From: a virus
Taxonomy: Duplodnaviria > Caudoviricetes
IMG/VR virus record: IMGVR_UViG_3300013099_000025
Span: 1-53,189 of that record
DNA length: 53,189 nt
Strand: one strand, 5' to 3'
The notes beneath the pieces are model-generated. The model saw only the letters and a program-made list of their open reading frames with translations, was not told the DNA's origin and did no database searches. The position numbers and the translations under genes are program-made. How positions within the stretch are numbered: the stretch's first letter is position 1; each line of letters begins with the position of its first letter. Below are positions 1 through 10,445 of this stretch, piece by piece.

Positions 1-55
1 AACATGTAGTTGACAACAACAACAAACTTGTACAAAATTTCTTGAAATTTTCCAT
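1..55 (-). CDS. hypothetical protein, 5' part only (runs off window)
   Basis: ATG at 55 preceded by AGGAGA Shine-Dalgarno; frame MENFKKFCTSLLLLSTTC open to window edge. Confidence 0.5.
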   Translation of the reverse strand, partial: MENFKKFCTSLLLLSTTC

Positions 56-76
56 AATACTTCTCCTTTTAAAAAG

Positions 77-253
77 TTAAATATCCATCAACATAACTTT
101 CTCAATGAAAGTTTTTGTCAGATCTTTCCTTTCCTTCTGATATTTAATATACTCATCAGATACTCTGACATTATATTTATCAATCAATAACATCAATTGT
201 TTCTGATACTTATCATATTCAACATCAAAAGCTTTTCCATCTAACCTTTCCAT
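77..253 (-). CDS. hypothetical protein (58 aa, below ORF-track cutoff)
   Basis: Manual translation MERLDGKAFDVEYDKYQKQL...; fills the gap between co-oriented genes. Confidence 0.55.
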   Translation of the reverse strand: MERLDGKAFDVEYDKYQKQLMLLIDKYNVRVSDEYIKYQKERKDLTKTFIEKVMLMDI

Positions 254-777
254 GATCGTACCTCTGGAAATCTTTTCAATAAATGAACATTTATTGAAGA
301 TTTCAATTCTTTGATGAGAAGATTTTTATCTATATCACATTCCTTAACAAGATCATCGAGTTTATGATATATAATCTCCTCATAGTTTGTATGTTTATGT
401 CTGATGTGAGCCAACAAAGAATTTTTATTTTGAATCTGTTTGGTGTTCAAAACACTATTATTAAATTTATTTTTGATAGATTTAAGATGTGATCGCATCT
501 TCTTAACCAATTGAGGTAAATCAATCTCTTTTGGATAAGATACATGGATCAATCTGACAATGTTTCGTATCTCTTCTATATCTCCTCTCACCAACATATT
601 TGGACTAACATATCTCTTTAATATCTTGATTTGTTCCATTTTTTCAATCACAATGATATCGTCGAAAGAATAAAAATTATTCCCTTTTATCTTCTTTTTA
701 GGAAGAAGATATTTTTTTACACTCCCATATGTCCACCATTTTCTGGTTTCAATTAGATTTGTTGTTGAAATTAACAT
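241..777 (-). CDS. hypothetical basic protein
   Basis: 178 aa ORF in tightly packed minus-strand operon. Confidence 0.7.
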   Translation of the reverse strand: MLISTTNLIETRKWWTYGSVKKYLLPKKKIKGNNFYSFDDIIVIEKMEQIKILKRYVSPNMLVRGDIEEIRNIVRLIHVSYPKEIDLPQLVKKMRSHLKSIKNKFNNSVLNTKQIQNKNSLLAHIRHKHTNYEEIIYHKLDDLVKECDIDKNLLIKELKSSINVHLLKRFPEVRSWKG

Positions 778-1325
778 GATTTATTTTCCTTTAATATGAT
801 CATTGGAGTTTGTATTTTCCAATCTATCATACCATTACTTACACCAAAACCATGATTCAACCATAACATAGCAATATTTTCTTTCTGATCTTCGAATTTA
901 CTCCCTAGCTGGTTACATATAAACTGGATAGTTTTCAAAGTAGTATACCCAAAACCATCTAATTTTTCAATGCGGTTCCATACTTTTTTAGAGTAAAGAT
1001 GTTTATGCAAATTCAAAATGGCATCAGAAGGAGATTCTGATTTATCAATAATCCCCTGTATGGTTGTTTTATCCATTTTTACAAATGGTTTGATATACAA
1101 GCCTTTTTTAATTGCTCTTTCCATCGCTACAACCAATTGAATGATTTTACCAGATGTGGCGAATTCCATACCGGAATGATAATCATTTCCTTCGTCCGAG
1201 TATCTAGCAATCACAGTTTCTGTATATTGTTCACCAGTTCCGGGACAAAAATATAAATCGAATTCATTATATTGTCCCAAATAAATACAATCGTCACAGT
1301 CATGTTTAAATCTAGAATTCTTCAT
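771..1325 (-). CDS. hypothetical phage protein
   Basis: 184 aa ORF, AGGAGA SD, N-terminal HDCDDC motif. Confidence 0.75.
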   Translation of the reverse strand: MKNSRFKHDCDDCIYLGQYNEFDLYFCPGTGEQYTETVIARYSDEGNDYHSGMEFATSGKIIQLVVAMERAIKKGLYIKPFVKMDKTTIQGIIDKSESPSDAILNLHKHLYSKKVWNRIEKLDGFGYTTLKTIQFICNQLGSKFEDQKENIAMLWLNHGFGVSNGMIDWKIQTPMIILKENKSC

Positions 1326-1344
1326 TTTAAATCTCCTTTATTTT

Positions 1345-1743
1345 TTAATCGACAACTAAAGTTTCTCCAACATAATCATCGAAATTCTTTTTCATTCTAT
1401 CGATGATTTCAGTTGGTACTTTATGAATATTCACAAAATCAGATATCATTCTGAAAACATCGACATCTGAATAATTCATATTGAGATATTTTTCCAATTC
1501 CCATAGTCGGACAAAGGTATTTGTCACTATGACATCATCTCCCCGATCCAGTAATTCTTGTGTCTGTTGTTGACACTTATCATGATATTCTCCAAGTTTA
1601 GTATGATCAAACTTATATTCGCCATCGACCATAAAAAACATATCTGTTTCCAGATGATTATGATCTGGATAACATTTGGCAAACGTCGATTTGCCAGAGC
1701 CTGGTACGCCTCTGACTAATATCAAACTTCCTAATTTTCCCAT
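1345..1743 (-). CDS. P-loop kinase (AAA_33 / polynucleotide-kinase-like)
   Basis: Walker A RGVPGSGKST, VIVTNTF, NIHKVP motifs typical of small phage P-loop kinases; AGGAGA SD. Confidence 0.8.
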   Translation of the reverse strand: MGKLGSLILVRGVPGSGKSTFAKCYPDHNHLETDMFFMVDGEYKFDHTKLGEYHDKCQQQTQELLDRGDDVIVTNTFVRLWELEKYLNMNYSDVDVFRMISDFVNIHKVPTEIIDRMKKNFDDYVGETLVVD

Positions 1744-1781
1744 GTTAAATCTCCTTTTAGTTAAGAATTAAAATAAATAGT

Positions 1782-1810
1782 TTTGGTAGCACTAATAAAT
1801 ATATATAATA
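1782..1810 (-). promoter_or_regulatory. putative early/middle promoter motif (TATTATATATATTWATTAGTGCTACCAAA)
   Basis: 29-bp sequence repeated with 1 mismatch at 30955-30983; both copies lie upstream of minus-strand small-gene operons. Confidence 0.6.
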
Positions 1811-1832
1811 GTCGTTTTATATTAAGATTTCG

Positions 1833-1846
1833 GGAACATATAATTG
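1833..1846 (+). promoter_or_regulatory. putative late promoter GGAACATATAATTG
   Basis: Exact copy of a motif found upstream of several virion gene blocks. Confidence 0.7.
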
Positions 1847-1893
1847 TAGGGATTTATAATGAAATTAAACAATGAGATGACGAGGATTCCAAT

Positions 1894-2520
1894 ATGATTT
1901 ATGATTTTTTTAAAGATTGGTATGGTGCTATGAAATCTGATGGTAGAGATGAACCATATCCATTCACACCAGTAAAAAAATTAAGAAATATTAAAGTAGC
2001 CTTAGTGATTGGTCATAAGAAAACATCACAAGGAGCATATAATAGAAAACATGATATGTCAGAATATCGGTATAATGAAAAATTGATTTTAGAAATAGAA
2101 GATAATGTTCCAACGAATATTGATATTCATAAAGTATATCGTAGAACATATAATTCTTTACCAGATGATATTAATGAATTGAATCCAGATTTCATTATTT
2201 CATTTCATTGTAATGCTTTCAATGAACATGCATCTGGTACGGAAACATTATATTATCATAAATCTGAAAAAAGTAAAAAGATGGCTAAGATTATAAATGA
2301 TAGAATGGTTGGAATTTTAAGATTGAAAGATAGAGGAATCAAACCAAAAACATCGGAAGATCGTGGTGGTTATTTATTGAAGAATACACATGCTCCTTGT
2401 GTTATCATTGAACCATTTTTTATTGATAATAATAGTGATTTAGAAATAGCCACAATGAAAAATACTATATTTGTAGATATGTTTGTAACAACAATTATGA
2501 AAATTGCAGAGGATATTTAA
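1894..2520 (+). CDS. N-acetylmuramoyl-L-alanine amidase (Amidase_3 type; endolysin candidate)
   Basis: VALVIGH..SE, ISFHCNA, GTETLY, PCVIIEPFFIDN zinc-amidase motifs. Confidence 0.9.
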   Translation: MIYDFFKDWYGAMKSDGRDEPYPFTPVKKLRNIKVALVIGHKKTSQGAYNRKHDMSEYRYNEKLILEIEDNVPTNIDIHKVYRRTYNSLPDDINELNPDFIISFHCNAFNEHASGTETLYYHKSEKSKKMAKIINDRMVGILRLKDRGIKPKTSEDRGGYLLKNTHAPCVIIEPFFIDNNSDLEIATMKNTIFVDMFVTTIMKIAEDI

Positions 2521-2521
2521 A

Positions 2522-3376
2522 ATGGATAATTTGGTTGAATCGTTGTATTTTATAAATGCGGTTAGGTCAGAAGTTATCGATGAATTGAGTGAATCAATGA
2601 ACGATAACCAAATAAAATATATCACTGAAAATATGACTGATGGAGATATATTATCATTATCATTGACTGGTAAAGTAATACCTTCTAATGTTGACAATCA
2701 ATCATATGTTGATGGATTAATGGAAGGATTCGGTGAGATGTTTTTCGAATGTGATATGGATTTATTTATTCAATCTGATGATAATTCATTTATGACTTTG
2801 AATGAAGCTACTTTTAATAAAGATTCAACATATATTGATCCTAAAGACTCATATCATTATCAAGGATCTTTAAGATATTCTCCATCTGAGATTGAAGATG
2901 ATGACTCTGATTTTTATCAGGGAACTTTAAGAAAATCTTCTAAAAAACCTAATCCAAAATCAACCAAATCAGGATTCGATGATTCAAAACCACAGTTAAA
3001 AGATAAAGTAAAACATAATCCAACCAAATCAGGATTCGATGATCCGAAACCAAATAATAATCCTCCAACAAAACCAAAACCATCTTCTAATAAAATAGCA
3101 AATTCATCGTTTACTACAGCTAAAAATAATTTCATGTCATTCTTTTCTAAAAACAATGGAAAGAATTTAAAAATTGGATTGGCTATAGCTGCTGCTTCTG
3201 CTCTAGCTTATGGTGCATATAAATTATATAAAGATAAATATGGTGATAAAAATAAAGCTAAACAAGCACAAGTGAAAGAATTGAATAAAGCTAAATCAAT
3301 GGCTAATAAAACAACCGATCCAAATAAATTTAAACAGATGTTAGCAGATAAAATCTCTAAAATTAAACGAGGATAA
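2522..3376 (+). CDS. putative internal virion protein, paralogue 1 (acidic N-term, hydrophobic helix, basic C-term)
   Basis: Shares N-terminal pattern and ALAYGAYKLYK-type segment with 10446, 11550 and 12581; ATG 2522 has GAGGA SD. Confidence 0.6.
   Translation: MDNLVESLYFINAVRSEVIDELSESMNDNQIKYITENMTDGDILSLSLTGKVIPSNVDNQSYVDGLMEGFGEMFFECDMDLFIQSDDNSFMTLNEATFNKDSTYIDPKDSYHYQGSLRYSPSEIEDDDSDFYQGTLRKSSKKPNPKSTKSGFDDSKPQLKDKVKHNPTKSGFDDPKPNNNPPTKPKPSSNKIANSSFTTAKNNFMSFFSKNNGKNLKIGLAIAAASALAYGAYKLYKDKYGDKNKAKQAQVKELNKAKSMANKTTDPNKFKQMLADKISKIKRG
2961..3043 (+). repeat. 23-bp direct repeat at 60-bp spacing (TKSGFDD x2)
   Basis: caaccaaatcaggattcgatgat at 2961 and 3021. Confidence 0.85.
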
Positions 3377-3379
3377 AAG

Positions 3380-3745
3380 ATGAGAAAGAGATCAAATTTA
3401 TTCGAGGCATTTATAAAACATACGCAACAAGCTTCTGATATGGATTTATTTTTAAAACAATTTAACGATAAATATATCTTTCAAACATATGAAGAAATGG
3501 AAGATGGTTTATCTGTGTATGAATCTATACCTGACGATAAAGCATTTATCTTTCCATTTACAACGTGAATCGAAAGAGCATTTCATACGGTCGGTATGAA
3601 ATTTAATATTGATATGTATTTCTTTGATAAATTTGGAAGAAAAACTGGTGAAGCATTGAATGTTCCACCGGATAGAGAAGATATTTCACCAGACGATGAA
3701 GGTGTTCAGTATGTAGTTGAATGTCTCCCTAGAAAGGATTTATAA
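3380..3745 (+). pseudogene. DUF192-like protein interrupted by one in-frame TGA (pseudogene or readthrough)
   Basis: GLSVYESIPDDKAFIFPFTT*IERAFHTVGMKFNIDMYFFDKFG...YVVEC follows the DUF192 pattern across TGA 3566-3568; frame stays open to TAA 3745, just before the next ATG at 3749. Confidence 0.7.
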
Positions 3746-3748
3746 ATT

Positions 3749-4513
3749 ATGGCATTATATCCAGGTTCGGCTAAATTGTTTCCTGATTTGCAAAAATATT
3801 TCAGCAAATATTTAAAAACAAATCAAGTGGATCGTTATGAAGTACCGATTCCAGGTGATATTTATCCAGAACATTTTTCGGATTGTCGATCATTTATTCG
3901 TCTATTATTTGATGATGATTGGAATCATCCGAATTATACACATTGTTATACAAGAATTGATGATAGATCAGCATGGCCTATTTCAGTTAGAGATAGATTG
4001 ATGGTATATGCACATACTGAATATCATTTACCATGTTGTGATTCAACCAATTTGAATTTAGTTTATCAACAATGTGATTCGACATCAACAGAATATTTAA
4101 ATAGTATCGATCATAATCTATCTGATTGTTGTATAGATACGACATCATCATCAAATGTTTTTAGTTTAGAACCAGAGGATTTTCTATTATTGGATGCATT
4201 GAATATTTATAGATGTGATTCAACAGCTGTCATAATATATGAACAAACAACTTTATCAACAAATTCGTTGGTATTATTACCTGATGAACATAAATGGTTA
4301 TTGAGCGTTTCGTTTAGTTCTTTAAATTCTCCATTGGCTAAATTGATTTTTATTTATCTGAATCTGAAAGTTAATTTAGATTATATTTTCTATCAGTGGA
4401 ATGGAACAAATCATTTGAGTAATAATCTAATTGAACATTTATATGAGATATATGTAATAGATAATGTATTTCAATATATGGTAAAATCTGGCCCTGATTT
4501 AATAGAATCATAG
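3749..4513 (+). CDS. hypothetical virion-module protein
   Basis: 254 aa, AAGGA SD, repeated C-D-S-T motifs. Confidence 0.65.
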   Translation: MALYPGSAKLFPDLQKYFSKYLKTNQVDRYEVPIPGDIYPEHFSDCRSFIRLLFDDDWNHPNYTHCYTRIDDRSAWPISVRDRLMVYAHTEYHLPCCDSTNLNLVYQQCDSTSTEYLNSIDHNLSDCCIDTTSSSNVFSLEPEDFLLLDALNIYRCDSTAVIIYEQTTLSTNSLVLLPDEHKWLLSVSFSSLNSPLAKLIFIYLNLKVNLDYIFYQWNGTNHLSNNLIEHLYEIYVIDNVFQYMVKSGPDLIES

Positions 4514-4522
4514 GAATTATAC

Positions 4523-6838
4523 ATGTGGAAAATTGAAGATTTTTGGAAAGTATTTAATTTTATTAAAACAAATGATCCTTCTGATTTAAGTGATGTAACG
4601 CAAGCAGTAGTTAAATCAGAAGAAGCTAATTCAATTAAATTATTTGAAAATACTCTTGATCAATTATCATTCAATACGATAGAGTATAATAGATTGAGAG
4701 ATTTTTTAATAAAATGGTATTCGGCATCAAAATCTTTAACTGCAATTCAGAAAAATATATCCGATTTATATGGTATGCCTGATGAACATTTAGATGAAGC
4801 ATTCCGATCTAAAGGATTAAATTTTTCTACACAATTATCTACATATGGAACACAAATAAATTATAATAAAGTTAATTTTTATTACGATCTTGTAAATTTT
4901 TATAAACATAAAGGCTCTCCAAGAACTCTTCTTAATACATTAACATATTTTGGTTTTCCTAATATTGAAATACTTGAATATTTTACACATGTTAGAAGAT
5001 CTACACAGAAAGTAGAATTTCATTCTATTTCATCAGATCATACCGGCAAATGGTATTCAACAAAAACAGATATTCTTCCATACAATGAAGTCACAAAATG
5101 GGATCCCCATTATATGACTTCAGAAAAATCTATTGTATTTGGTCAGAATAATAATCAACTGCATTTACCAACAAAAAGTCCATATTTTTCTTTGAGACAT
5201 TTTATCAATCTGAATGATTATATTAAACTAATGTCTTTTATTTCGAGAAAAATTCAAGATCAATATAAAGAATGGCATCTTGCATTATTAACAAGAAAAA
5301 CAAATGAAAAAACATCATCGAATATTTTTACGTTACCGAGAGAAGTTTATATTAATTCGTGTACGATGGAAGCTTCTGTTTTAGAATTATATTTGGTATG
5401 TATTCATACATATTATCGTCATTATGGAACAGAATTAGAAATTAAACATCCAACTGATTCAGTATGGGATACGACATCACAATTGGGAGATCATGGTAGA
5501 GATTATCTTTGTTATGATGGAACAGATGCTTCATATATGAACATTATTAATGATTTTGAAACATATATTGAAAAAGGACATCAGAAGTATGTATCGTGTG
5601 TAGATGTTCCCATAGAAATAGAATGTTATGAAGAAACTGGTTTAACAAGAGATGAATTAAAGGAAAATCAAGAATATTTTTATGATAATTTTACAAGATT
5701 AGCTGATGGGAATTTTTTAAAAAATGAAAAAATAGCTGGAATTATTTTAAAAGCAATTAATCCTGAATTATTTCAAAGAGTTAATGATTTATATGATATA
5801 AAACCAGATACAATAATATTAGGAAATTTGTTAGAAGATTTAATGAAGTGGGTTAGTAGTTATGCATCCATAGCTTTACCTCATTTGAATTTCGTTTTAT
5901 TTGGTACATCAGAATTTAAACGATTAATGAATCCTTTAATTGATTTTTTCAAACCTTATCATGCCAGATTGCTTGGATATGATTTAGCATTTATTCACGA
6001 TGATCGGAATTCTGAATCAGTTATAGTTGAAGATAATGTAATAAATTCGATTGAAGAAGTTATTCATGATTGGGATACATGTAATAGTAAACCGTGTTGT
6101 AATGATACTTGTAGTGAAGCTACACCAGATAGTTTCTATTCGAGAGACACATATGATTGTGGATCATTTTATGATATTGGTGGAGCGTGTGATGGTAGAG
6201 ATAATTCATTTGTAACTGAAATTGAAGATCATATCATTGAACCGTTGAATTGTTTGACTGGATTCACAGTTATAGCTGATTATGAAAATCCAGCACATCC
6301 AGATTATCAAAAAGATGCATATGTAGAAACATCATATACTGGTGGTATTATTGATATTAATACTGATATCGACAATCAACCTTTATATTATGAAGCACAA
6401 TCTGGTAATATGATGGATTTTGATTGTGATGGATGTTTTGACGGACAATATGGTAGTGATGTTTGTATGATTCAAGTGATTGATAGTGTACCATCTCCGT
6501 GGTTAGATATAACTGCAAATATGTCAATATCATCAAGAGGAACATGGGATGGCACACAATTCAATTCAGAATCAGCTGCTGCTGGAAAATTGATATTTTT
6601 GAATACATCTACCCCTGTCGCTGGAACAGTTACTAAATTGAGGGCTACATTCGTTTCTTTTGTGGCTGATGTGTCTTGGTCATGGCCTGATAGTTCGATG
6701 GTCTTTGATGGGATAGCACCGTATCCATCGAATACTTTCGAATGGACAACTAATTGGAATAAATTAGGAATGCGATTCAGTGTTCCAAATACTGGAAGCG
6801 ACTATAGTATTGTAAAAATTGAAGCATTTATTACGTAA
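4523..6838 (+). CDS. putative baseplate wedge / tail-fibre attachment protein
   Basis: FYKHKGSPRTL resembles the (Y/K)KG(T/S) motif of P2 gpI / T4 gp7-like wedge proteins; Cys/Asp-rich C-terminal part; position in tail module. Confidence 0.55.
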   Translation: MWKIEDFWKVFNFIKTNDPSDLSDVTQAVVKSEEANSIKLFENTLDQLSFNTIEYNRLRDFLIKWYSASKSLTAIQKNISDLYGMPDEHLDEAFRSKGLNFSTQLSTYGTQINYNKVNFYYDLVNFYKHKGSPRTLLNTLTYFGFPNIEILEYFTHVRRSTQKVEFHSISSDHTGKWYSTKTDILPYNEVTKWDPHYMTSEKSIVFGQNNNQLHLPTKSPYFSLRHFINLNDYIKLMSFISRKIQDQYKEWHLALLTRKTNEKTSSNIFTLPREVYINSCTMEASVLELYLVCIHTYYRHYGTELEIKHPTDSVWDTTSQLGDHGRDYLCYDGTDASYMNIINDFETYIEKGHQKYVSCVDVPIEIECYEETGLTRDELKENQEYFYDNFTRLADGNFLKNEKIAGIILKAINPELFQRVNDLYDIKPDTIILGNLLEDLMKWVSSYASIALPHLNFVLFGTSEFKRLMNPLIDFFKPYHARLLGYDLAFIHDDRNSESVIVEDNVINSIEEVIHDWDTCNSKPCCNDTCSEATPDSFYSRDTYDCGSFYDIGGACDGRDNSFVTEIEDHIIEPLNCLTGFTVIADYENPAHPDYQKDAYVETSYTGGIIDINTDIDNQPLYYEAQSGNMMDFDCDGCFDGQYGSDVCMIQVIDSVPSPWLDITANMSISSRGTWDGTQFNSESAAAGKLIFLNTSTPVAGTVTKLRATFVSFVADVSWSWPDSSMVFDGIAPYPSNTFEWTTNWNKLGMRFSVPNTGSDYSIVKIEAFIT

Positions 6839-6862
6839 ATATTAGAAATTTTTTTAATAATG

Positions 6863-6876
6863 GGAACATATAATTG
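6863..6876 (+). promoter_or_regulatory. putative late promoter GGAACATATAATTG
   Basis: Exact motif about 40 bp upstream of ATG 6917. Confidence 0.7.
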
Positions 6877-6916
6877 AAGGAAAATATTATTTAATTTTTT
6901 GAGGTATTTTATAAAA

Positions 6917-7579
6917 ATGAGCAAAAATATTAAAAAAATTATTACCAAAGATTTCTATGGTGATAATTGTTTAGTCGATTCAGTTACGGCCTCGAAAGGA
7001 AAAGAAAGACATCCACAAGGTTGGGTAGAAGTATATGAAATTGATGAGAATGGTATTGAGAATTTACATTCAAAATCGAATCTAGTTGTATATCAAGGAA
7101 GAGAAACTATTTCACAAAGAATGTTTAATGTAGAAAATGTTAGCTGTCCTTCGACTAGAGATGATATTATCGCATGGGTCGGTGTTGGTTCTGGTGGAGT
7201 CAATGTTGGTGATCCATTCAATCCATCTCCTCCAGTTGCTACGGATACTGATTTAGCAGTTCCTGTTCAGATCAGTGCAATTGATCCGACATGTGCAGAT
7301 TTACGTGGAGGATTTTATTATAAAAAACCAATTGAATCTGTTGAATATGAACAAGATACATATAATAATAATTCATGGTTGATAGCTAAAACAACTTCAC
7401 GGATATCTCTCGCTGATTCAGATGGTGAACATATCAGTGAAGCTGGATTATATTCAAGTGCTGGTGGTCCAATTCCTAATTATGCTGGACCGTTTCATTT
7501 ATTTTCAAGAGTAACTTTTCCACCAGTAGTTAAAGTAAATACAAGACAGATTCTTTTTATTTGGTATTTATATTTCTAA
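6917..7579 (+). CDS. tail-collar/fibre-like protein (P2 gpH N-terminal-like)
   Basis: NLVVYQGR, VGVGSGG, DTDL, ISEAGLYS, LFSRVTFP, WYLYF pattern; GAGG SD favours ATG 6917. Confidence 0.6.
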   Translation: MSKNIKKIITKDFYGDNCLVDSVTASKGKERHPQGWVEVYEIDENGIENLHSKSNLVVYQGRETISQRMFNVENVSCPSTRDDIIAWVGVGSGGVNVGDPFNPSPPVATDTDLAVPVQISAIDPTCADLRGGFYYKKPIESVEYEQDTYNNNSWLIAKTTSRISLADSDGEHISEAGLYSSAGGPIPNYAGPFHLFSRVTFPPVVKVNTRQILFIWYLYF

Positions 7580-7623
7580 AACACATAGAGTAATAAATTT
7601 TTAAAATGATTGGAGATTAAACA

Positions 7624-9618
7624 ATGGCTAATATTTCTCCGGGCGTATATACGAAAATTATCGATCTTTCGACATACGTTTCCGCTGTACCAGCTACCAC
7701 TGGTTTTATTTGTGCTCTTACTAAAAAAGGTAGAGACAATGAAGCTATCTTTGTTTCTTCACGAAATGATTTGATTCGTGAATGGGGTGAACCTTGTATT
7801 ACAGATTTCGGTAAGGAATATGGACAGGGTTTATATAATTCTTATAACTTTCTTGGCGAATCTGGTTCATTGTGGTTCATGCGTGTATTACCTACCGATG
7901 CATCATATTCGAATATTCGAATCGATGCTGTCTGGGATGGTATTGATACTACTGCTGACATTCAATTAACATACATATCTGGTTTAAACAGTATGGATGA
8001 AATTGAAACACAACTGACTCAAATTGGTGATACATATCCGATTTGTATTTTATATCCTATCGGTCGTGGTGATTATTATAATTTGATTTCTGTTAGATTG
8101 ACACGTCACGTCAATCCGATGTATGAAGGTGTTTATATTTTAGATGTTTATGAAAAACAGACAGATGGCGATGATGTTATTGTCGAATCTTTTACTATTT
8201 CTCTAAATATTGATGCAAGAGATCGTTCTGGTGATTCTATTTTTATCACAGATATTCTTGAAAAATATTCTAATATTCTTCGTAGTCATCATTTACTTCC
8301 TAGTGGTGCAACTTCTCCCGGCTATGATTTAGTAGTTAAAAATTATGATAATAATATTGGCTATACATCCGTAGATCTAACACCAGGTTCTGCTTCAATC
8401 GAAGATGTTAAACAAGATTTTCTTGATTGGTCTAATGCAACTGAAACTGGTAATGCAATATATTCAATCACAGCTATCGATGAACGTGGATATCGTTTAT
8501 ATGGTTGGCTTGGTGCATCTACTGGTGTTGATGGTGAATCTATCAATGTTTTCAATGATCGTGATTTAGATACTGCATCACAAGGATGGATTAGTGATGA
8601 ACGTGATACCGATAAAGATGACATTATTGATTGGTGGAGTATTGATTATTTCTCAACTGATGCCAGTGTCGAATACATCATCAAGAAAGATTTATCTGAT
8701 GTAACTGAACCATTCTTAACTGGTGCGGCTGTTTTGCGAAAAGGATCTGATGGTGAAATATATGATTCTAATCATAAAGTTGATCCTCTTGTCTGTGAGA
8801 ATTTATTAATCAGGGGTTATTCTGGTGTAACAGACATTCAAGTACAGGATAGAGAAAGAATTTTCTTCACAATGGTTTTTGATTGTGGTTATCCAACAGC
8901 AGTCAAAACAGCTATTGTTGGTTTGGTTGAGCTTCGTCGTGATTGCGTAGCCATGCTTGATAATGGTGATAATGCTAATTATGGTATGGCTATTTCGAAA
9001 CGGAATAGTGATCATACTTATAATACTTATTTAGCTGCTATTTATGAAGGATATAATAAAGTGTATGATGGTTTCACTGGTGCCAATATTTGGGTATCAC
9101 CATTATTTCATTTATCGTATCTCGCCCCCCGAAATGATAATGTAGCTGAAATTTGGTATGCGATTGCGGGATTTCAACGAGGAGCTATTAATAATATCGT
9201 TGAATTACGATACAATCCTAATTTAGGTGATCGTGATCAGATGTATCTTCGTCAGTTGAATCCAATTGTTAAATTTAATATTGGTTATAGTGTATGGGGA
9301 CAGTTAACTACGCAAGCCAAACCATCTGCTTTGCAAGATTTGAATATCGTTCGTTTGGTATTATATTGTAAAGAAGCTTTGGAAAGGTATGCACGTTTCT
9401 ATATTTTCGAACAGAATGACAATATGACATGGGGATTGGTTGCTGGTGATGTTAATGAATTTCTTGAAGAAGTTGCAGCTAAACGTGGATTGTATTCTTA
9501 TACAGTCGATGTTGGTGCGACTGATTATGAAAGAAAAAGTAAACGATTCCATATTAATGTTACATTAGAACCAACTCGTACTGTAGAGAAAATTGAATTA
9601 AACTTTTTTATTAAATAA
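7624..9618 (+). CDS. contractile tail sheath protein
   Basis: MANISPGVYTKIIDLS N-terminus; WYAIAGFQRG, LNPIV, WGQLT, LNIVRL, IFEQND, EPTRTVEKI sheath motifs. Confidence 0.95.
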   Translation: MANISPGVYTKIIDLSTYVSAVPATTGFICALTKKGRDNEAIFVSSRNDLIREWGEPCITDFGKEYGQGLYNSYNFLGESGSLWFMRVLPTDASYSNIRIDAVWDGIDTTADIQLTYISGLNSMDEIETQLTQIGDTYPICILYPIGRGDYYNLISVRLTRHVNPMYEGVYILDVYEKQTDGDDVIVESFTISLNIDARDRSGDSIFITDILEKYSNILRSHHLLPSGATSPGYDLVVKNYDNNIGYTSVDLTPGSASIEDVKQDFLDWSNATETGNAIYSITAIDERGYRLYGWLGASTGVDGESINVFNDRDLDTASQGWISDERDTDKDDIIDWWSIDYFSTDASVEYIIKKDLSDVTEPFLTGAAVLRKGSDGEIYDSNHKVDPLVCENLLIRGYSGVTDIQVQDRERIFFTMVFDCGYPTAVKTAIVGLVELRRDCVAMLDNGDNANYGMAISKRNSDHTYNTYLAAIYEGYNKVYDGFTGANIWVSPLFHLSYLAPRNDNVAEIWYAIAGFQRGAINNIVELRYNPNLGDRDQMYLRQLNPIVKFNIGYSVWGQLTTQAKPSALQDLNIVRLVLYCKEALERYARFYIFEQNDNMTWGLVAGDVNEFLEEVAAKRGLYSYTVDVGATDYERKSKRFHINVTLEPTRTVEKIELNFFIK

Positions 9619-9629
9619 TAAATAACAAA

Positions 9630-9665
9630 TTCTCAATGAATGAATTTATTTTCATTCATTGAGAA
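9630..9665 (+). terminator. 15-bp-stem hairpin between sheath and tube genes
   Basis: TTCTCAATGAATGAA / TTCATTCATTGAGAA, 6-nt loop. Confidence 0.6.
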
Positions 9666-9686
9666 ATAAATTTAGAGGTAACAACC

Positions 9687-10412
9687 ATGACTATGAAGTT
9701 TTCATTTTTAAATGTAACTAATCAACAAGCTACCAGATATCATGGTGGTAGTGTTGAAGGTATTGCTGAACCATATGTAACTGGATATCATCATATCAGT
9801 TGGTTAAAATTTCCTAAAATTGGAGAAGTTAGCTCACCTGGAAGTAGTGGTACTTTAACTTCTTCAGATTGTCAAGAATTACTAGCTGCTAGTTGTCTTT
9901 CAGTTACTCCTCCAGGTGGAACACTTAATAAAGTTTCATTTACTGGTTTGGGTGGAACTAAATGGGCAGTTCCAGGTAGTATCGATTATGGAGATTCTAT
10001 TTCAATTAAATTTTTAGAATATTCCGGTTTACCGATCACACAGATTTTTCATAATTGGATTAAAGGTATTCGTGATTATCGTACTGGTGTTTCAAGTAAA
10101 TTGGAATCTGGTGAAAATCGTGATAAATATTCTAAAAAGACATATTCTGGTACATTGTTATATTGGACAACTGCTCCAGATGGTATCACTGTTGAATATT
10201 CTGCATGTTATGCAGGTGTTTTTCCATTGAAAGATCCACAAGATTTATTTTCTAGTGATGTTGAAAATGTTGGAAAGATAGAGCCTGAAATTGAATTCAA
10301 TGTTGATTATGTATGGCATGAACAATGGGTTCATGAAAAAGCTAAAACTATTTCTGAAGGTACAATTAAATCTCATCTCGGCGAAGCATTAGCTAAAAAA
10401 TTCAAAGGTTAA
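9687..10412 (+). CDS. tail tube protein (T4 gp19-like)
   Basis: Directly follows sheath; SVTPPG, ISIKFLE..IFHNW, GVFP, IEFNVD pattern. Confidence 0.8.
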   Translation: MTMKFSFLNVTNQQATRYHGGSVEGIAEPYVTGYHHISWLKFPKIGEVSSPGSSGTLTSSDCQELLAASCLSVTPPGGTLNKVSFTGLGGTKWAVPGSIDYGDSISIKFLEYSGLPITQIFHNWIKGIRDYRTGVSSKLESGENRDKYSKKTYSGTLLYWTTAPDGITVEYSACYAGVFPLKDPQDLFSSDVENVGKIEPEIEFNVDYVWHEQWVHEKAKTISEGTIKSHLGEALAKKFKG

Positions 10413-10445
10413 TTTCTAAATAAATTTTAAACAAGGAATAATACA

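Noticed and set aside
3566-3620. Selenocysteine at the in-frame TGA
   Set aside because: The position is not a Cys-like catalytic site and I see no convincing SECIS hairpin directly downstream
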